DNA of 64,000 nucleotides from an uncultured Candidatus Saccharibacteria bacterium. Lineage in GTDB: Bacteria > Patescibacteriota > Minisyncoccia > Phycocordibacterales > UBA9973. Made by a program: the position numbers and the translations under genes. The notes under the pieces were generated by a model that saw only the letters and a program-made list of their open reading frames with translations, had not been told where the DNA came from and made no database searches. Positions 28,705 to 37,030 of this stretch are shown piece after piece (position 1 is the first letter of the stretch; the number at the start of each line of letters is the position of its first letter). The stretch is taken from NCBI GenBank assembly GCA_964646765.1, contig CAZYIA010000003.1, positions 130,815 to 194,814 of the forward strand, read 5' to 3'.

Positions 28705-29376
28705 ATGCAAAAGAAACAGCTATGGATTATTGGTGGAGCACTTATTATTGTTGCTCTTATTGGGTTTGTGATGTATCGAGGTACTGCGCAAGCGCCAACA
28801 CATATAGGGGATGATGCTTCACAGAATATACAAGAAACCGAAACAGATACTCAAACATCTTCTGTTTCAACTACACCTAAAAAATATGCAACCCTTCAAA
28901 AGGCAGTTGATGCCTCAGTTGCAGTAGTAGATAGCGCTGATTATGCTAAAGCTCAAGTGGTTGTTGAAGGTGCGCTTGCTGAATATCCAAACAGTGGCTC
29001 ACTCAATATTCTGTACTCTACAGTGATGGACAAACTCGGTAATCATGCGAAAGCAGTAGAACTTGCGCACCATGCAGTTGCTGTTGATCCAACTAACTAC
29101 TTAACCTGGCGCTATGAAATTAATCTCACGAAGGCTACCTTTGCCGGGAAGAGTCCAAGTGATCCAGCATACAAAGCGGCAATCAGTTCACTCTATAACC
29201 AAGCTTTGGTGGCGACGCATAATAATATTGAGCTCATTACACCCTACGCAATCTTTCTTGAAGAAGCAGGGGACATTAATGGAGCAATTTATTTGTGGCA
29301 ATCAGCCAAACAAGTAAATCCGCTCGCTGCGCAATCGTACCAGATGCAGATTGATCGTCTCTCGCACACGTCATAG
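28705..29376 (+). CDS. Membrane-anchored TPR-like helical protein
   Basis: N-terminal TM helix, S/T linker, TPR-like patterns (AL.EYP; A..LA..AVAVDP; GAI..WQ.A.QVNP). Confidence 0.65.
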   Translation: MQKKQLWIIGGALIIVALIGFVMYRGTAQAPTHIGDDASQNIQETETDTQTSSVSTTPKKYATLQKAVDASVAVVDSADYAKAQVVVEGALAEYPNSGSLNILYSTVMDKLGNHAKAVELAHHAVAVDPTNYLTWRYEINLTKATFAGKSPSDPAYKAAISSLYNQALVATHNNIELITPYAIFLEEAGDINGAIYLWQSAKQVNPLAAQSYQMQIDRLSHTS

Positions 29377-29480
29377 TTTAAGAATCTCCTAAGAAATTAA
29401 CCGTCACAGCTTGTATAAGGGGATCGTTATATTCGGTATACTTAATTTGTCGATTAGTACGATTAAGGTGTTAAAGTGGT

Positions 29481-29966
29481 ATGAATAATAATTCAAAAGT
29501 TATTTGGATCCTTGTCGGTCTCATTATTGTTGTCGTTATCATTGGACTTGTTCTAAAAGGTAAAGGTCAACAGCCTACCGATACTTCAGGAACTCAGGGA
29601 GATCAGAGCTCGGTAACACAGGAGCCTCAGTCAACTGAGGACCAGAGTGCAGGAAGTGTTAATGCTTCAAATACTGCTTCTCTTACGTATGAAAATGCAG
29701 TTGCTAAGTATATGGATAGACGAATCCAATTTGGTCCAGACTGTATCGCACGTCCAAACATTGTGACGTATAAAGACAATACGGGTATCATGCTTGATAA
29801 CCGTTCAAATCAGTCGCGTACATTTACTTTCGGTACCACGCCATATACGATTAAGGCATGGGGCTTCAAAATTGTAACGTTGCCAGATACCTATAAGACC
29901 GCGAAAACTATCTACGTTGATTGTGGTAAACAACTCAATGCTGCAACCATTATTATTCAAGAGTAA
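29481..29966 (+). CDS. Membrane-anchored hypothetical protein
   Basis: N-terminal TM helix, low-complexity linker, beta domain with a Cys pair. Confidence 0.65.
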   Translation: MNNNSKVIWILVGLIIVVVIIGLVLKGKGQQPTDTSGTQGDQSSVTQEPQSTEDQSAGSVNASNTASLTYENAVAKYMDRRIQFGPDCIARPNIVTYKDNTGIMLDNRSNQSRTFTFGTTPYTIKAWGFKIVTLPDTYKTAKTIYVDCGKQLNAATIIIQE

Positions 29967-29981
29967 GCTTTCTTGAGTAAT

Positions 29982-30015
29982 AAACTAAAAACACCCGAAA
30001 GGGTGTTTTTAGTTT
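29982..30015 (+). terminator. Intrinsic terminator
   Basis: AAACTAAAAACACCC-GAAA-GGGTGTTTTTAGTTT. Confidence 0.88.
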
Positions 30016-30068
30016 TTGGTGAGAAAAAAGTTATCTTTTCTGTATCTATGGTATGGGAGAGTATTTTC

Positions 30069-31469
30069 ATGAAGAGGGAATTTATTTTTGTGCTGATGTT
30101 GCTTTTAGTAGGTGCTATGCTGCCATTAAAAGCCTTTGCTGCGCCAACAATAACCGAAATAATGTATGACCTTGAGGGAACGGATACAAATCGAGAATGG
30201 ATAGAAGTTTGTAACGAAGGTGATAGCGTTTCACTTTCAGGCTGGAAATTTAATGATGGTTCTAACCACGGTATTAATGAACCAGGAACAAATGGCTCAG
30301 TAGGAAGTATAGAGCTTAATTCACATAGCTGTCTTATACTTGCCGCTAATGCAACAACTTTTCTTTCCGAGCATATTGGTTTTTCTGGTACTGTGCTCGA
30401 TACCGTGATGAATTTAAATAATACTGAAGATACACTTTCACTCATTGACGATCAGGGAGCTGTGGTGGCTAGTGCGGAATACTCAAACAGTATGGGGGCT
30501 GTAGGCGACGGTCTGAGTTTACAATGGGTTGGTGGCACTTTTGTTCCACGAACACCGACACCGGGAAGTGTAGCCAGTGGTGAGGAGCCGCCCACTACTT
30601 CCGATACCCAAGCTTCTTTTACGGTAAGTATTGATCAAAATGCCAAGCCGGTAGAACCGCCAAAAATTCCTACTCCGAAAATTGAACTTTCAGTTGGTGA
30701 TCGTGTACTGCGCGGAACTCCAATTGTCTTCGATACAAAAGTATATGACGCTTCTGGTTCTATTCGAACAAGTGGGTACTTTAAATATAACTTTGGTAAT
30801 GGTGAAATCTACGAGAGTGAAAATCCGACACCGCCAACATATACCTATCGCTACGCGGGTGATTACCTGCTGACCATTTCGTATGCTTTGAGTCGGTACG
30901 TTACAACGCCTGAGGTAACCTTTACAAAAACAATCACTGCATACGATCCGACCATTGCGATTTCACTAATGCCTCCTGATGGTATTACCTTGGAAAATAC
31001 ATCAAAACAAGACGTCGATCTTTCAGGATTTATTCTTCGCGTTAGTTCACCGTATCATCTAGTAACCCTGCCACGTATAGTTATTCGGGCAGGGAAAAGC
31101 ATTACTCTTGCACCAACAATTACTGGGCTTGGTTTGGATAAGGGACAAGTGATCACCCTTTTTGATCCGAGTGGCAGAGAGGTTGCTCGTTTTGAAGAAG
31201 CTGTATTGCCTAAAGCTGAAAATGAAATGGCCCCTAAAATACAAACCGCGGCTGTTTCGTATAGAATGCCAGCGACAACAGAAATAGTATCTAGCCCTGA
31301 TCCAGTAAAATCTCTTCAAAAGCCCAAAAATGAGCACAATGTACTTTGGACTATTTTTGCCTTAGCGCTGGCTGCGCTTGGTGGGTTAAGTGTGTGGTAC
31401 TTACGGGGTGAAAGGAAAGAGATCCACCATGAAGCCGATGCATTTACCATTCAGGAAATCACTGAATAA
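30069..31469 (+). CDS. Lamin-tail-domain and PKD-domain surface protein
   Basis: Signal peptide; ITEIMYD..G.D..REWIE..N...VSLSGWK (LTD); YNFGNG...YTYRYAGDY (PKD); C-terminal TM helix. Confidence 0.78.
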   Translation: MKREFIFVLMLLLVGAMLPLKAFAAPTITEIMYDLEGTDTNREWIEVCNEGDSVSLSGWKFNDGSNHGINEPGTNGSVGSIELNSHSCLILAANATTFLSEHIGFSGTVLDTVMNLNNTEDTLSLIDDQGAVVASAEYSNSMGAVGDGLSLQWVGGTFVPRTPTPGSVASGEEPPTTSDTQASFTVSIDQNAKPVEPPKIPTPKIELSVGDRVLRGTPIVFDTKVYDASGSIRTSGYFKYNFGNGEIYESENPTPPTYTYRYAGDYLLTISYALSRYVTTPEVTFTKTITAYDPTIAISLMPPDGITLENTSKQDVDLSGFILRVSSPYHLVTLPRIVIRAGKSITLAPTITGLGLDKGQVITLFDPSGREVARFEEAVLPKAENEMAPKIQTAAVSYRMPATTEIVSSPDPVKSLQKPKNEHNVLWTIFALALAALGGLSVWYLRGERKEIHHEADAFTIQEITE

Positions 31470-31544
31470 CCCTATATTTTTATGGGTAGCATGGTATACT
31501 TTCCCGAGGTCACACATTTAGTAATTACTGATTAGTTGTATTCT

Positions 31545-32009
31545 ATGAACACTATTCTTATAGTAAACGCTCTTACCGCACTTGGGGGAACTGTTGTCTC
31601 ACTTCTCCTTGGCATGGTGTGGTACTCACAAAAGTTTTTTGGCAAGACATGGATGGAATTTAACGGCATGGATATGTCGGTGATGCAGGATCCAGCCAAA
31701 ATGGCTGAAGCAAAAAAGGGAATGGGGGCAACATTTGCTCTTGCAGCACTTGCATCCTTTGTTATGTTCTTTGTTTTTGCTTTTATGGCAGTATTTATCG
31801 GTCAACTCAATTTCTTGGGTGTGCTTGTTTTTAGTGCCGTACTTTGGCTTGGATTTGCAGTACCGATGTCTGCAAGTACTGTGCTCTGGAGTGGTAAGTC
31901 AAAAAAGATGAAGGGAAAAATGTTTCTCATCTCTAGTGGCTACTACCTCATTACATTCTTGGTAACAGGTATTATCTGGGTTCTCATCTACCCACATTTC
32001 TTCTTCTAA
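31545..32009 (+). CDS. DUF1761-like membrane protein
   Basis: LGMVWYS.KFFGKTWM and LWLGF..P motifs, four TM helices. Confidence 0.72.
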   Translation: MNTILIVNALTALGGTVVSLLLGMVWYSQKFFGKTWMEFNGMDMSVMQDPAKMAEAKKGMGATFALAALASFVMFFVFAFMAVFIGQLNFLGVLVFSAVLWLGFAVPMSASTVLWSGKSKKMKGKMFLISSGYYLITFLVTGIIWVLIYPHFFF

Positions 32010-32018
32010 AGAAAAGTA

Positions 32019-32048
32019 AAAAACTCCCGGCTTCGGCCGGGAGTTTTT
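32019..32048 (+). terminator. Intrinsic terminator
   Basis: AAAAACTCCCGGC-TTCG-GCCGGGAGTTTTT. Confidence 0.9.
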
Positions 32049-32070
32049 CGTTATGCTATGCTAAAGGAGT

Positions 32071-32880
32071 ATGCAAGAGAAACAATTATGGTTTAGAGCA
32101 AAACGATATGGTTGGGGCTGGTATCCAGTTACTTGGCAAGGTTGGATTATTCTTCTACTTTTTGTCGCAGTGTACGGTTTAAACGTAGTTTTTTTCACTG
32201 GCAGAGGTACTGAACCAACAAATAGTGAACTTTTTTGGTTTCTTGTTCGCACGGTAGTTTTGGTTGGCACACTTATCTATGTATGTTATCGACATGGTGA
32301 GACACCAGGCTGGCGATGGGGAGAAGAAAAAGAAGAACAGATTGCTATCTTCACCAGCGAAGGAAAACCCACTGGCAGTATTGCCAATTTCTCCGAGGTG
32401 CATGCCAAAGGTCTTTGGCATGAGACGGTGCACATTTGGATTGTGACGCCAGAGAAAAAGATTTTGATGCAGAAGCGTTCCGGAAAGAAAAATGCTGGTG
32501 GAGGGGAATGGGATAATCATGGCGGCCATATTGCGGCAGGTGAAACACCAGAAGCAGCGATTATTCGCGAAGTGAAGGAAGAGATTGGACTTACACTAAC
32601 AAAGAATATTCTCAAGCGAACAATTCGTTATAGTAAAAGTCACTCATATAAAAATAATACCTTTATTGAAAACGAGCATATCAATGTTTTTATTGCCGAG
32701 GTTTCAGTAGCTCTTTCTGATCTCAAACTTGATCGGAATGAGGTTTCTGACGCCCAACTCTTTACACTTCCCGAGCTTTCCGTAGGTAAAGCATCTGATG
32801 GTTCCATAATTGGTATGTCTGCAAAAGAATATCAGGTACTACTTGCGTATCTCTCTAGCGAAAAAAATGGCAACGCGTAA
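32071..32880 (+). CDS. Two-TM membrane domain fused to a NUDIX hydrolase (IDI-like)
   Basis: WFRAKRYGWGWYPVTWQGW plus 2 TMs; H..GLWH..VHIW, QKRS..K, GGH..AGET...A..REVKEEIG. Confidence 0.78.
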   Translation: MQEKQLWFRAKRYGWGWYPVTWQGWIILLLFVAVYGLNVVFFTGRGTEPTNSELFWFLVRTVVLVGTLIYVCYRHGETPGWRWGEEKEEQIAIFTSEGKPTGSIANFSEVHAKGLWHETVHIWIVTPEKKILMQKRSGKKNAGGGEWDNHGGHIAAGETPEAAIIREVKEEIGLTLTKNILKRTIRYSKSHSYKNNTFIENEHINVFIAEVSVALSDLKLDRNEVSDAQLFTLPELSVGKASDGSIIGMSAKEYQVLLAYLSSEKNGNA

Positions 32881-33568
32881 AACAAAACAAGAGCTCGCGG
32901 CTATTGCCAAAGCTTGCCAAATTACTGACGCTATTTTTTCGCGCATCGTTTCAGGACTAAAGATAGGGAAGTGGAGGACAGAACGAGAGCTATACAATTT
33001 TATTAAACAAGAAATTTCTGCACGAAATTTGAAACCAAGTTTTAATCCAATTGTGGTTTCTGGTCCACATGCGGGCAATGAAATTCATCCAAAAGTAACT
33101 GACGCTAAACTACAAGGCTTTTTGATTTTAGACTTTGGAGTTATATATAAAAGCCAAATGTCGGACATGACACGCACTGTCTATCTTGGTAGACCGTCAC
33201 CAAAAGAGAAGGCCCTTTATAATTTGCTTTTAAAGTCACAAACCCAAAGCATGGCACTTTTGGTGCCAGGGGCTAAATGTTTTTTAGCTGATCTGTACGC
33301 TCGGCATGTTCTCGGTCGCTACTCGAAGTATTTTATTCATACGCTTGGTCATGGGGTAGGAAGTCGAATTCATGAAGCCCCTCGGATTTTCACGAAACGC
33401 ACAAGGCCGTATGTATACGAAAACATGGCTCTTACTGTTGAACCTGGAATCTACATTAAAAACAAACTTGGTATGCGGATAGAGGATACCTGTGCGATTA
33501 CTAAGAATGGCCCGGTGCCGCTTACAGTTTCTCCTAAGGAACTTCTCATTTTTCCTCTCCCACGCTAG
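32867..33568 (+). CDS. M24 family aminopeptidase P, catalytic domain only
   Basis: LDFG, SDMTRT, HTLGHGVG..IHEAP, TVEPGIY, GMRIED. Confidence 0.88.
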   Translation: MATRKTKQELAAIAKACQITDAIFSRIVSGLKIGKWRTERELYNFIKQEISARNLKPSFNPIVVSGPHAGNEIHPKVTDAKLQGFLILDFGVIYKSQMSDMTRTVYLGRPSPKEKALYNLLLKSQTQSMALLVPGAKCFLADLYARHVLGRYSKYFIHTLGHGVGSRIHEAPRIFTKRTRPYVYENMALTVEPGIYIKNKLGMRIEDTCAITKNGPVPLTVSPKELLIFPLPR

Positions 33569-33601
33569 AAATCCTAGCCCCGTTTGCTATACTTTTCTCT
33601 A

Positions 33602-34261
33602 ATGGAACAAACAACATATCGTCTCAGTATTCGAACTCTTTTTGGTAGTGCTTGGGAACACTTTAAAACCCGACCATGGTTTTTTATCGGCATTACACTC
33701 TTTACTATTATTCTCTCGACAGTATTTCAAGATGCCGCTGACCGAGTAAAGGAAATGAGTCCGTTGGTTGCCTTCTTTTTCTCTTTGGCGACATTTTTTA
33801 TTGAAACCCTCGTGATGATGGGCTATTACTCAATTCTCATGCGATCACTTGGAGGAAGTAAGCCAGAATTCTCAGAGTTATTTACGGCGAGTCCGAGCTT
33901 TTGGTATTTTTTGGTAACCACAATACTTTTTGGCGCAGCTGTCGTTGGTGGTTTTATATTGCTCATTATTCCAGGATTTATGGCGCTTTCTGCTTGGTGC
34001 CTTGCTACACTTATTGTGATTGATACAGGAAAGAAACCAGTTGTTGCTTTTCGCGAAAGTGCTCGTCTAACGAAAGGAATACGACTACAAATGTTACGAT
34101 TTATTATTGTTACCGGCATTATTAACTGCATTGGGGCCCTCTTATTTGGTATTGGTTTATTGGTGACGTATCCAGTTTCTTTCTTGGCTTCAATTCTTCT
34201 GTATCGTGAACTTTCTGTCCATAGAGCAGTTTCCTTGCCTGAGGAAACAAAAACATCGTAA
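33602..34261 (+). CDS. Integral membrane protein (DUF975-like)
   Basis: Multiple TM helices, ILLIIPG and AFRES.RLTKG motifs. Confidence 0.65.
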   Translation: MEQTTYRLSIRTLFGSAWEHFKTRPWFFIGITLFTIILSTVFQDAADRVKEMSPLVAFFFSLATFFIETLVMMGYYSILMRSLGGSKPEFSELFTASPSFWYFLVTTILFGAAVVGGFILLIIPGFMALSAWCLATLIVIDTGKKPVVAFRESARLTKGIRLQMLRFIIVTGIINCIGALLFGIGLLVTYPVSFLASILLYRELSVHRAVSLPEETKTS

Positions 34262-34263
34262 GT

Positions 34264-35169
34264 ATGATTCGTTTTGTCGCTATTATTTTCAGTATCATTC
34301 TGCCGCTTCAGGTTTCTGCGGCAGTTCTTACTGATCCAAATACTGGTGTGCATCCGACATCAGTTTTTTACGATAACTCTACTACGCTGAATAATGGTGT
34401 TATTAAGGAAGGCGTTATTTCAGAAGTTAAGGCTCCGGAAGTCGAAAAACGAAAACTAGTAGAACCACTTCTGCTTGATGTCGCTGGCGTGGGAACAACC
34501 TGTACCGTGAACACACCAGTCATTGAAGCTTGGCAACTGGATCCAAATGTTTCTATAACGACAAAAGACCAGTTACGCCAGGTGCTTGAAGGTGCAGTTT
34601 CGCACGATGAACGGCTTCGTCAGGTAAGCATTGTTGATAATCGCATTGATCTCTATTACCTAATGCCGGCATATCGATTGCGTATCATCCCGGTTAATTA
34701 TCAACTGCATATAGTTGCTGATAGCAATACCTTTCGGATGAGTCTTGAAAATCCAAAGTGGGTTGCCGGAGTACCTAATAAGCACGCCATTGTTTCAGCA
34801 GCTTTTGCTGAGTATGTTCCACAATTACTTAGCCAGGAAACGGTAACGGCGTATAAAGATGCACCACTTGCCATGAGAGATGCAAAACTTATCGAGGTGA
34901 TCACGAGTGTTATGTATCACGTTGATGTTATGCCTCATGGAGGCACGTTCTTCTCGTGCTATATTTTGCCATTCTTGGTGTATATCATTGGGGCGCTCAT
35001 TATTTTGATCTTTCTCTTGTGGTTTATTATCCGACGTACTCGTCGATTGCGTGCTCGCCAAAAAATTCTTGGTCTTTCTATGAATGAAGAAAACGACGAA
35101 GAGAATGATGATAGTGAAGGAGGATATCCACCGAGAGTTCACTACGTTCCCGGACGGCCTGATCAATAA
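34264..35169 (+). CDS. Hypothetical protein with signal peptide, C-terminal TM helix and acidic tail
   Basis: Signal peptide ending VSA; TM helix followed by RRTRRLRAR; coupled to the upstream gene. Confidence 0.6.
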   Translation: MIRFVAIIFSIILPLQVSAAVLTDPNTGVHPTSVFYDNSTTLNNGVIKEGVISEVKAPEVEKRKLVEPLLLDVAGVGTTCTVNTPVIEAWQLDPNVSITTKDQLRQVLEGAVSHDERLRQVSIVDNRIDLYYLMPAYRLRIIPVNYQLHIVADSNTFRMSLENPKWVAGVPNKHAIVSAAFAEYVPQLLSQETVTAYKDAPLAMRDAKLIEVITSVMYHVDVMPHGGTFFSCYILPFLVYIIGALIILIFLLWFIIRRTRRLRARQKILGLSMNEENDEENDDSEGGYPPRVHYVPGRPDQ

Positions 35170-35206
35170 TTTTTTACTGCCAACGCTATCATGGTAGACT
35201 CACTTT

Positions 35207-35695
35207 ATGGATTGTTTTTTGTGTAATGCTGTAGCAAGTCCCGGCGAGCTTTTTGCGGAGAACCAGTTTTTTGCTGCTCGCTTTGATGCCCATCCGGTAA
35301 CTCCTGGTCACGTGCTTATTTTCCCGAAAGATCACACCCTTTCGTTTTTCGATATTCCAGCCGAAGCTTATCCATACCTACACGATAGTATTACTAAAGC
35401 AAAACAGACAATTGAGGCAGTCGGCTTTGAAGAACTCTACCTTCGCATGAAAGAAGCATATCCAGAACGAGAAAAAGCCACTCAGTATATTGAATCTATG
35501 CTCGCTTCACCATTTTTAAAACGAAAACCAGAAGGCTACACTATTGGAGTAAATAATGGGGAAGTTGCCGGCCAAACGGTGCCCCATGTCCACATGCATC
35601 TTATCCCACGATATCGCGGAGATGTTATTGATCCTCGTGGAGGTGTGCGTACCGTAATCCCAGCTCTCGGTAATTATCGTATCTATGGAAATTAA
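35207..35695 (+). CDS. HIT family hydrolase
   Basis: CFLC, PVTPGHVLIFPK.H, AGQTVPHVHMHLIPR. Confidence 0.9.
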   Translation: MDCFLCNAVASPGELFAENQFFAARFDAHPVTPGHVLIFPKDHTLSFFDIPAEAYPYLHDSITKAKQTIEAVGFEELYLRMKEAYPEREKATQYIESMLASPFLKRKPEGYTIGVNNGEVAGQTVPHVHMHLIPRYRGDVIDPRGGVRTVIPALGNYRIYGN

Positions 35696-36992
35696 TCTTG
35701 CTGACATAAAACAAGTTCATATTATCGGTATTGGGGGTATTGGTATTTCGGCGTTAGCCCAGTTTTTGCTTTCGCGAGGGAAAAAGGTGACGGGAAATGA
35801 TTTGGATGCATTTCCAATGGTAACCTACCTTCGCAAGAAAGGAGTACATATTGAAGTGGGAAGTGATGCGAAAGTTATTCCAGAAGGTACTGATCTTATT
35901 ATGTATAGCGTTGCTTGGACTACGCTTGGCCCAGAACTTTTATCCTACGCCAAAACACTTGGCGTTCCCGTACTTTCATATCCAGAAATGCTGCAAGTAA
36001 TTTCAGGAAAAATGCGCACGATTGCGGTTTCTGGTTCACATGGAAAAACAACAACTACAGCCATGGTTGCGCATCTTCTTATTGAAGCAAAACTTGATCC
36101 AACCGTTATTGTCGGTTCGATTATGAAGGAAACTGGCAGTAACTTTCGAGGAGGGAAGAGTGATTATTTTATCGTTGAAGCCGATGAGTATCGTCGTGCT
36201 TTTTTAAATCTCACACCGCAGATTTTAGTTATTACCAATATTGATCTTGATCATCTCGATTACTATCGTGATATCTCGGATATTAAGAGTGCCTATCGAG
36301 AGCTTATTGCTAAAATGCCAAAATCTGGTGTCGTTATTTGTGATCCTGGGAACCAATATGTGCATGAAGTAGTTACTGGAATTCCGCAAAAAGTTGTTGA
36401 CTATCGCACATTTTTAAAACCTCGCCAGCTTCGTCAGCCAGGACATCATTATCAAATGGATGCCGCGGCAGCATGCGCTGTTTTGGAAGAGCTCGGTATT
36501 CCACCTGAAGAAAGTGATCCAATTATTGAAACGTTTCCTGGTACTGCACGACGAATGGAAGAGCGCGGCGTTCTTCCAAATGGAGCACTCGTAATTGATG
36601 ACTATGCTCATCATCCAACTGAAATTAAAGCAACAATTGCTGCGCTACGAGAACGATTTCCACTCGTTACGTCACGCATCGTTATTCTTTTCCAGCCGCA
36701 TCTGTATTCTCGTACCCGTACGTTATGGGAAGGTTTTATAAAAGCTTTTCAAGGTGTTGATATTGTATGCCTCTTACCAATTTATGCCGCTCGCGAATCG
36801 GCAGATGGCGCGACTACTTCAGAACGGTTAGGAGATGCAATGAGCGCCCATAACGAAAATGTGCATGTATTCTCTTCATTTGAAGAAGCTGAATCAGCCT
36901 TACGAGCAATGAAGCTTGGTCCTAAAGACGTTATTGTCACCATGGGCGCAGGTGAAGCAAATCTTGTAGGCGACAAGCTTCTTGGCCGATAG
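35685..36992 (+). CDS. murC: UDP-N-acetylmuramate--L-alanine ligase
   Basis: HIIGIGGIGISALA, GSHGKTTTT, VEADEY, DLDHLD, DDYAHHPTEI, FQPH.YSRT. Confidence 0.93.
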   Translation: MEINLADIKQVHIIGIGGIGISALAQFLLSRGKKVTGNDLDAFPMVTYLRKKGVHIEVGSDAKVIPEGTDLIMYSVAWTTLGPELLSYAKTLGVPVLSYPEMLQVISGKMRTIAVSGSHGKTTTTAMVAHLLIEAKLDPTVIVGSIMKETGSNFRGGKSDYFIVEADEYRRAFLNLTPQILVITNIDLDHLDYYRDISDIKSAYRELIAKMPKSGVVICDPGNQYVHEVVTGIPQKVVDYRTFLKPRQLRQPGHHYQMDAAAACAVLEELGIPPEESDPIIETFPGTARRMEERGVLPNGALVIDDYAHHPTEIKATIAALRERFPLVTSRIVILFQPHLYSRTRTLWEGFIKAFQGVDIVCLLPIYAARESADGATTSERLGDAMSAHNENVHVFSSFEEAESALRAMKLGPKDVIVTMGAGEANLVGDKLLGR

Positions 36993-37030
36993 CGTTCGCG
37001 TTTAAGTAGGGAGAAGGTACAATAGAACGC

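Noticed and set aside
28645-30015. Two near-identical hairpins as mobile-element ends
   Set aside because: Each follows a stop codon and has ordinary terminator form; no transposase or target duplication seen.
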